Shown here piece by piece: positions 55,314-58,339 of a DNA stretch of 58,339 nucleotides (within the stretch, counting starts at the first letter, position 1; the number at the start of each line of letters is the position of its first letter). The translations under genes were made by a program, and so were the position numbers. Where the stretch lies: positions 1 through 58,339 of the IMG/VR virus record IMGVR_UViG_3300017700_000657, one strand, 5' to 3'. Below the pieces are notes generated by a model, which did not search any database, was not told the origin of the DNA, and saw only the letters and a program-made list of their open reading frames with translations. This stretch comes from a virus (Duplodnaviria; Caudoviricetes).

Positions 55314-55583
55314 ATGACCCTAGCCGATCAACAACTCGCGCGCCAAAAGCGCATTCAAGCCTCGCTCATCGGCCTCGCTGCCGATACCCGTTTCCGCGAC
55401 TTCATGGAAACCGTGCGCGAGTGCCGTGAAGGCGCGCTGCTCAACCTTGTGGACGGTGCCGTGATCCAGAACGAGCGCGCCTCACTGGCCTGCACGGGCG
55501 AAATCGCCGCCTATATGGCGCTCATTCGCACGTATGACGAGGCGGTGGCGCAGGCGGCGCTGGCGAGGGAGGAGAAGGCGTAA
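55314..55583 (+). CDS. Small protein after portal
   Basis: 89 aa helical protein in a typical post-portal position. Confidence 0.7.
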   Translation: MTLADQQLARQKRIQASLIGLAADTRFRDFMETVRECREGALLNLVDGAVIQNERASLACTGEIAAYMALIRTYDEAVAQAALAREEKA

Positions 55584-55668
55584 CACTAAAGCTCAGACAC
55601 GAGCGTAGGACCAACCATGAAAACCAAAAAGAGCGCAGCCCGCTCGTTGTCTGTGGCGATTGTTCGGC
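55578..55668 (-). other. attC-like recombination site
   Basis: Plus strand: GCGTAAC-ACTAAAG-CTCAGACACGAGCG...CGCTCG(T)TGTCTG(T)GGCGATT-GTTCGGC. Confidence 0.78.
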
Positions 55669-55946
55669 GCTTCCGATTTCTGCGCGTCGGCGAATACCCA
55701 CGCAAGGGCGACCAATTCCTATACTGCGGAGATTCACCCGGAGAAAAACGCGGCTGGAAGAACGCAGAAGCAAACCTTGTGGCTAAGTGGCGCGGCCCTG
55801 TGCCGTCGTGGTATAAGGGCCGATACCGCCGCCGCGTCGAAAAGAAGGAATCCGCTGAAATGAAAATGGTCCGCGCTCGGCTCGCCGCAACATATCGAGC
55901 CGGATTCGTGGAGCAATTCCGCGTCTTGCCGAACATTAAGGTCTGA
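55617..55946 (+). CDS. Cassette gene, basic hypothetical protein
   Basis: ATG in the attC loop with AGGA upstream; ends LPNIKV in the next attC. Confidence 0.7.
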   Translation: MKTKKSAARSLSVAIVRRFRFLRVGEYPRKGDQFLYCGDSPGEKRGWKNAEANLVAKWRGPVPSWYKGRYRRRVEKKESAEMKMVRARLAATYRAGFVEQFRVLPNIKV

Positions 55947-56021
55947 CATGACGCGCTCTCCCTCACGATCCGAACACCCCGCGGTCGAGTGCGCGGCATT
56001 GTCAGAAGCGTCTGGTTCCAC
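55928..56021 (-). other. attC-like recombination site
   Basis: Plus strand: GCCGAAC-ATTAAGG-TCTGACATGACGCGC...GCGCGGCAT(T)GTCAGA-AGCGTCTG-GTTCCAC. Confidence 0.78.
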
Positions 56022-56038
56022 CTAAACTTTTACCCACT

Positions 56039-56440
56039 ATGGAAACACAAAAACCAACCCCCGATCAAAAACCTACTGCGAGGACAAATCTGAGCCCCGA
56101 GGAGCGCTTTCGCTCCGGGCTATCTCTCGGCTTCATTGCGGGCGTGCTCGCGACCGCAATCGTGCTGCTCTGTTCAGCGTTGCTGGCTTTATTCATAGTT
56201 GAGACCCGCAACGTAAAGACAGAAGCGACTGCCGCAAATACCTCAGCCAAGCCCGTGTTTATCGGAGCTGGCCAGCCAACCCCATTCCACCACTGCATTG
56301 TGCTGGGCGCTGGAGCGGAGCCACAAAAAGATTACGGACTGGTCACCGGTTCACTGACGGGACCGAATTGCGGCAGGATCTGCCACGGGGCAAGACGGTC
56401 GATCTTTTGCCGTCGTGGCCGAAATGAGTGGAACAACTGA
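56039..56440 (+). CDS. Cassette gene, single-TM membrane protein
   Basis: Hydrophobic segment LGFIAGVLATAIVLLCSALLALFIV; ends EWNN across the entry site. Confidence 0.6.
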   Translation: METQKPTPDQKPTARTNLSPEERFRSGLSLGFIAGVLATAIVLLCSALLALFIVETRNVKTEATAANTSAKPVFIGAGQPTPFHHCIVLGAGAEPQKDYGLVTGSLTGPNCGRICHGARRSIFCRRGRNEWNN

Positions 56441-56669
56441 TTCCGCGAACCACTTCGCATATCCAGCCGCGCCCACCCAGCGCGGCTTTTCCATGCCCCA
56501 AAATCGTGCAAAATGCACGATCTACCTCTGATCGCGCGCTATAGCCACGACCATGCAATTTGCACGACTCCGCCATTGACATTGCAAATTGCACGATTAG
56601 TTCAATTGGCCACACGGCAATCCTGCCGCGCGCTAGGATTTAGAAACAGCCCCTTGACGGCTCTAACTC

Positions 56670-57863
56670 ATGCCAACTGAAAATATCGAGGCCACTTCGC
56701 CGGCCGCAAAAACAGGTGATGCGACAGTAAAAGGGTCGGGCAATATCGCGACGGGTCAGGCAGCGGTGCTCCTCATGGCTTCGGCCGAGAAAGCATCGAA
56801 ACAGCCGCCCCGCCAAGCTGCGGAAGATACTGCCCCCGAGGTAATCGCCCCGGACCTTACCCTTGACGAAACTCCGACAGCAGAAGCTCCAGCAGCTTCC
56901 GAAGAGACCGCCCCCGCCGAAGAAGCCACGCCCACCGCCGAGACGACAGAGGCCGAGGACAAGGCAACCGAGGAAGAGGCCGATTCTGTTCCTTCTCAGA
57001 CAATTTCATTCACTCCCGAGCAACAAAAGCTGCTCAACAAGCGCATCGGCAAGGAAGTGGCGAAAACCAAGGCAATTGAGGCCAAGATGGCGGAACAAGC
57101 CGCCAAACTGGCCGAACTTGAGGCCAAGATCGCCGCTCCCGTCACCCCGCAAGCTCCCGTAGTCGTAGCCCCCACGCCCAACATGCCGTTGGGCGACGTA
57201 ATGGACATCGCCAAGCTGGGCGAAATCCAGAACACCGCCAAGGAGGCCGCTCGCTACATTGAGGACGTGCTGGACGACGCCGGTCAGTGGCAGACGATGA
57301 CCGATCCCAAGGACGAGGATAAGCAAATCCGCGTTCACAAGATCGGCGAGGCGTTGTTCACTGAACTGGACCTGAAGCGCAAGTTACGCGAGGCCCGGCG
57401 CACACTGGAGGATCACATCCCCCAACGCGCGCAGTTCATCGCCGCCAAGCAGCAGATCACCAAGCAGGCTCACGAACGCTTCCCGTTCCTGACCGACAAG
57501 CAGAGTGCCGAGTATCAGATGGCCGAACAGGGCCGTCGCAATCCGCAGTATGCCGCCCTTATGGCGATGCCAAATGCGGAATGGATACTGGGCGTGCTGG
57601 TCAAAGGCGCGAAGGCGGTCGAAGCAGAGGACGCGGCCAAGGCCGCTCCCGCCAAGAAGCCAGCCCCGGTTGTCAAGCCAAAGCCAGCAGCGGATCAAAC
57701 CGCCGTCTCGGCCAGTGGCGCAGCGGCACGGGCGCCTATCGGTTCAGCCGAGCGGCAGCAGATTGCGGCGGAGTCAGCGAAATTGTCGGCGAAGGGCGGG
57801 ATTACTTCGGATGATGCGGTTGGGCTTCTTCTCAAAAGCTCACAGTTACGCAAATCTCGATAA
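56670..57863 (+). CDS. Capsid scaffolding protein
   Basis: Acidic disordered N-terminus, KRIGK coiled coil, Pro/Ala tail; directly before the capsid gene. Confidence 0.8.
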   Translation: MPTENIEATSPAAKTGDATVKGSGNIATGQAAVLLMASAEKASKQPPRQAAEDTAPEVIAPDLTLDETPTAEAPAASEETAPAEEATPTAETTEAEDKATEEEADSVPSQTISFTPEQQKLLNKRIGKEVAKTKAIEAKMAEQAAKLAELEAKIAAPVTPQAPVVVAPTPNMPLGDVMDIAKLGEIQNTAKEAARYIEDVLDDAGQWQTMTDPKDEDKQIRVHKIGEALFTELDLKRKLREARRTLEDHIPQRAQFIAAKQQITKQAHERFPFLTDKQSAEYQMAEQGRRNPQYAALMAMPNAEWILGVLVKGAKAVEAEDAAKAAPAKKPAPVVKPKPAADQTAVSASGAAARAPIGSAERQQIAAESAKLSAKGGITSDDAVGLLLKSSQLRKSR

Positions 57864-57867
57864 TTCC

Positions 57868-58339
57868 ATGGCCCTAGCCACCTCCTACAACGTCTCCGGT
57901 GACCGCGAAGCGCTCACCAATTTCCTCACCATCCTCGAACCCGAGGACACCCCGAAGACCTCTACGTTTGCAAAAACGACCAAGGTCACGAACACCTACC
58001 AAACCTGGCAGGCCGATACCCTCGCAAATGTTGACTTCGCTGGCGTCCTTGAAGGCGCTGACGTGGCCGCATTCAACAACGAAGCCGCCAACCGCGCCCG
58101 CTTCGGCAACTACATCCAGAAGTTCTGGCGCCCGTGGATGGTCTCGGACCTCCAAGAAGCGTCCGATCCGGCCGGCACTGACGGTGAAGTTGCAAACAGC
58201 AAGGTCAAGGCCATGCGCGAGCTTAAACGCTCCATCGAAGCCGCCGTTGGCTCCGATAACGACATGCAGGCCGATACCGGCCTCGCGCCCTACAAGACCC
58301 GTGGTCTTGGTTCGTGGATTAAGGCCACCGCTCAGACCA
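57868..58339 (+). CDS. Major capsid protein, 5' part (MALATSYNVSGDREALTNFL...)
   Basis: REALTN...PEDTP...WQADTL...EGAD...NYIQKF motifs; open to the window end and continues at the window start. Confidence 0.88.
   Translation, partial: MALATSYNVSGDREALTNFLTILEPEDTPKTSTFAKTTKVTNTYQTWQADTLANVDFAGVLEGADVAAFNNEAANRARFGNYIQKFWRPWMVSDLQEASDPAGTDGEVANSKVKAMRELKRSIEAAVGSDNDMQADTGLAPYKTRGLGSWIKATAQT
58217..58339. repeat. Terminal direct repeat, copy 2
   Basis: Identical to 1-123. Confidence 0.97.

Larger units (their letters stand above)
55578..56434 (-). mobile_element. Integron-like cassette array 2 (two cassettes: 55584-55933 and 55934-56433)
   Basis: Two attC-like sites on the minus strand; perfect 7-bp end complementarity GTTCGGC/GCCGAAC and GTTCCAC/GTGGAAC. 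Confidence 0.78.

Noticed and set aside
58217-58339. 123-bp repeat as a biological terminal repeat
   Set aside because: It lies mid-capsid gene and is best explained as assembler overlap of a circular contig.
1-58339. Stop-codon reassignment
   Set aside because: Core genes are full length in the standard code and use TAA, TAG and TGA as stops.

Overview
The window is a complete, circularly permuted dsDNA tailed-phage genome. Bases 1-123 are identical to 58217-58339, so the unit genome is about 58,216 bp and the major capsid gene spans the junction. The virion module is podovirus-like: TerL, portal, scaffold, DUF5309/SU10-type capsid, tail proteins, an S74 tail fibre and three internal (ejection) proteins. 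A leftward DNA-metabolism arm encodes an SF2 helicase, VRR-NUC, a PD-(D/E)XK exonuclease with RecT, an RNA ligase, a DEDD exonuclease, a Dam-type MTase, a DnaB-N/AAA_25 helicase and a two-frame C5-MTase. Also present are a cluster of small early genes, a serine resolvase, a Tad1-like anti-defence sponge and a glycosyltransferase/FkbM pair. I recognised no DNA or RNA polymerase, tyrosine recombinase, tRNA or CRISPR array. The main finding is two integron-like gene-cassette arrays (20542-23302 and 55578-56434) holding seven intact attC-like hairpins and one collapsed one. In most cassettes the first bases are complementary to the cassette's own R'' box. Every cassette ORF is antisense to the canonical attC orientation, and most start inside their own attC loop and take their stop codon from the neighbouring site. 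Other observations include an acidic short motif shared by about 10 DNA-handling proteins, a four-copy operator/promoter, and structured non-coding regions. All calls come from reading motifs by eye; no database searches were run.
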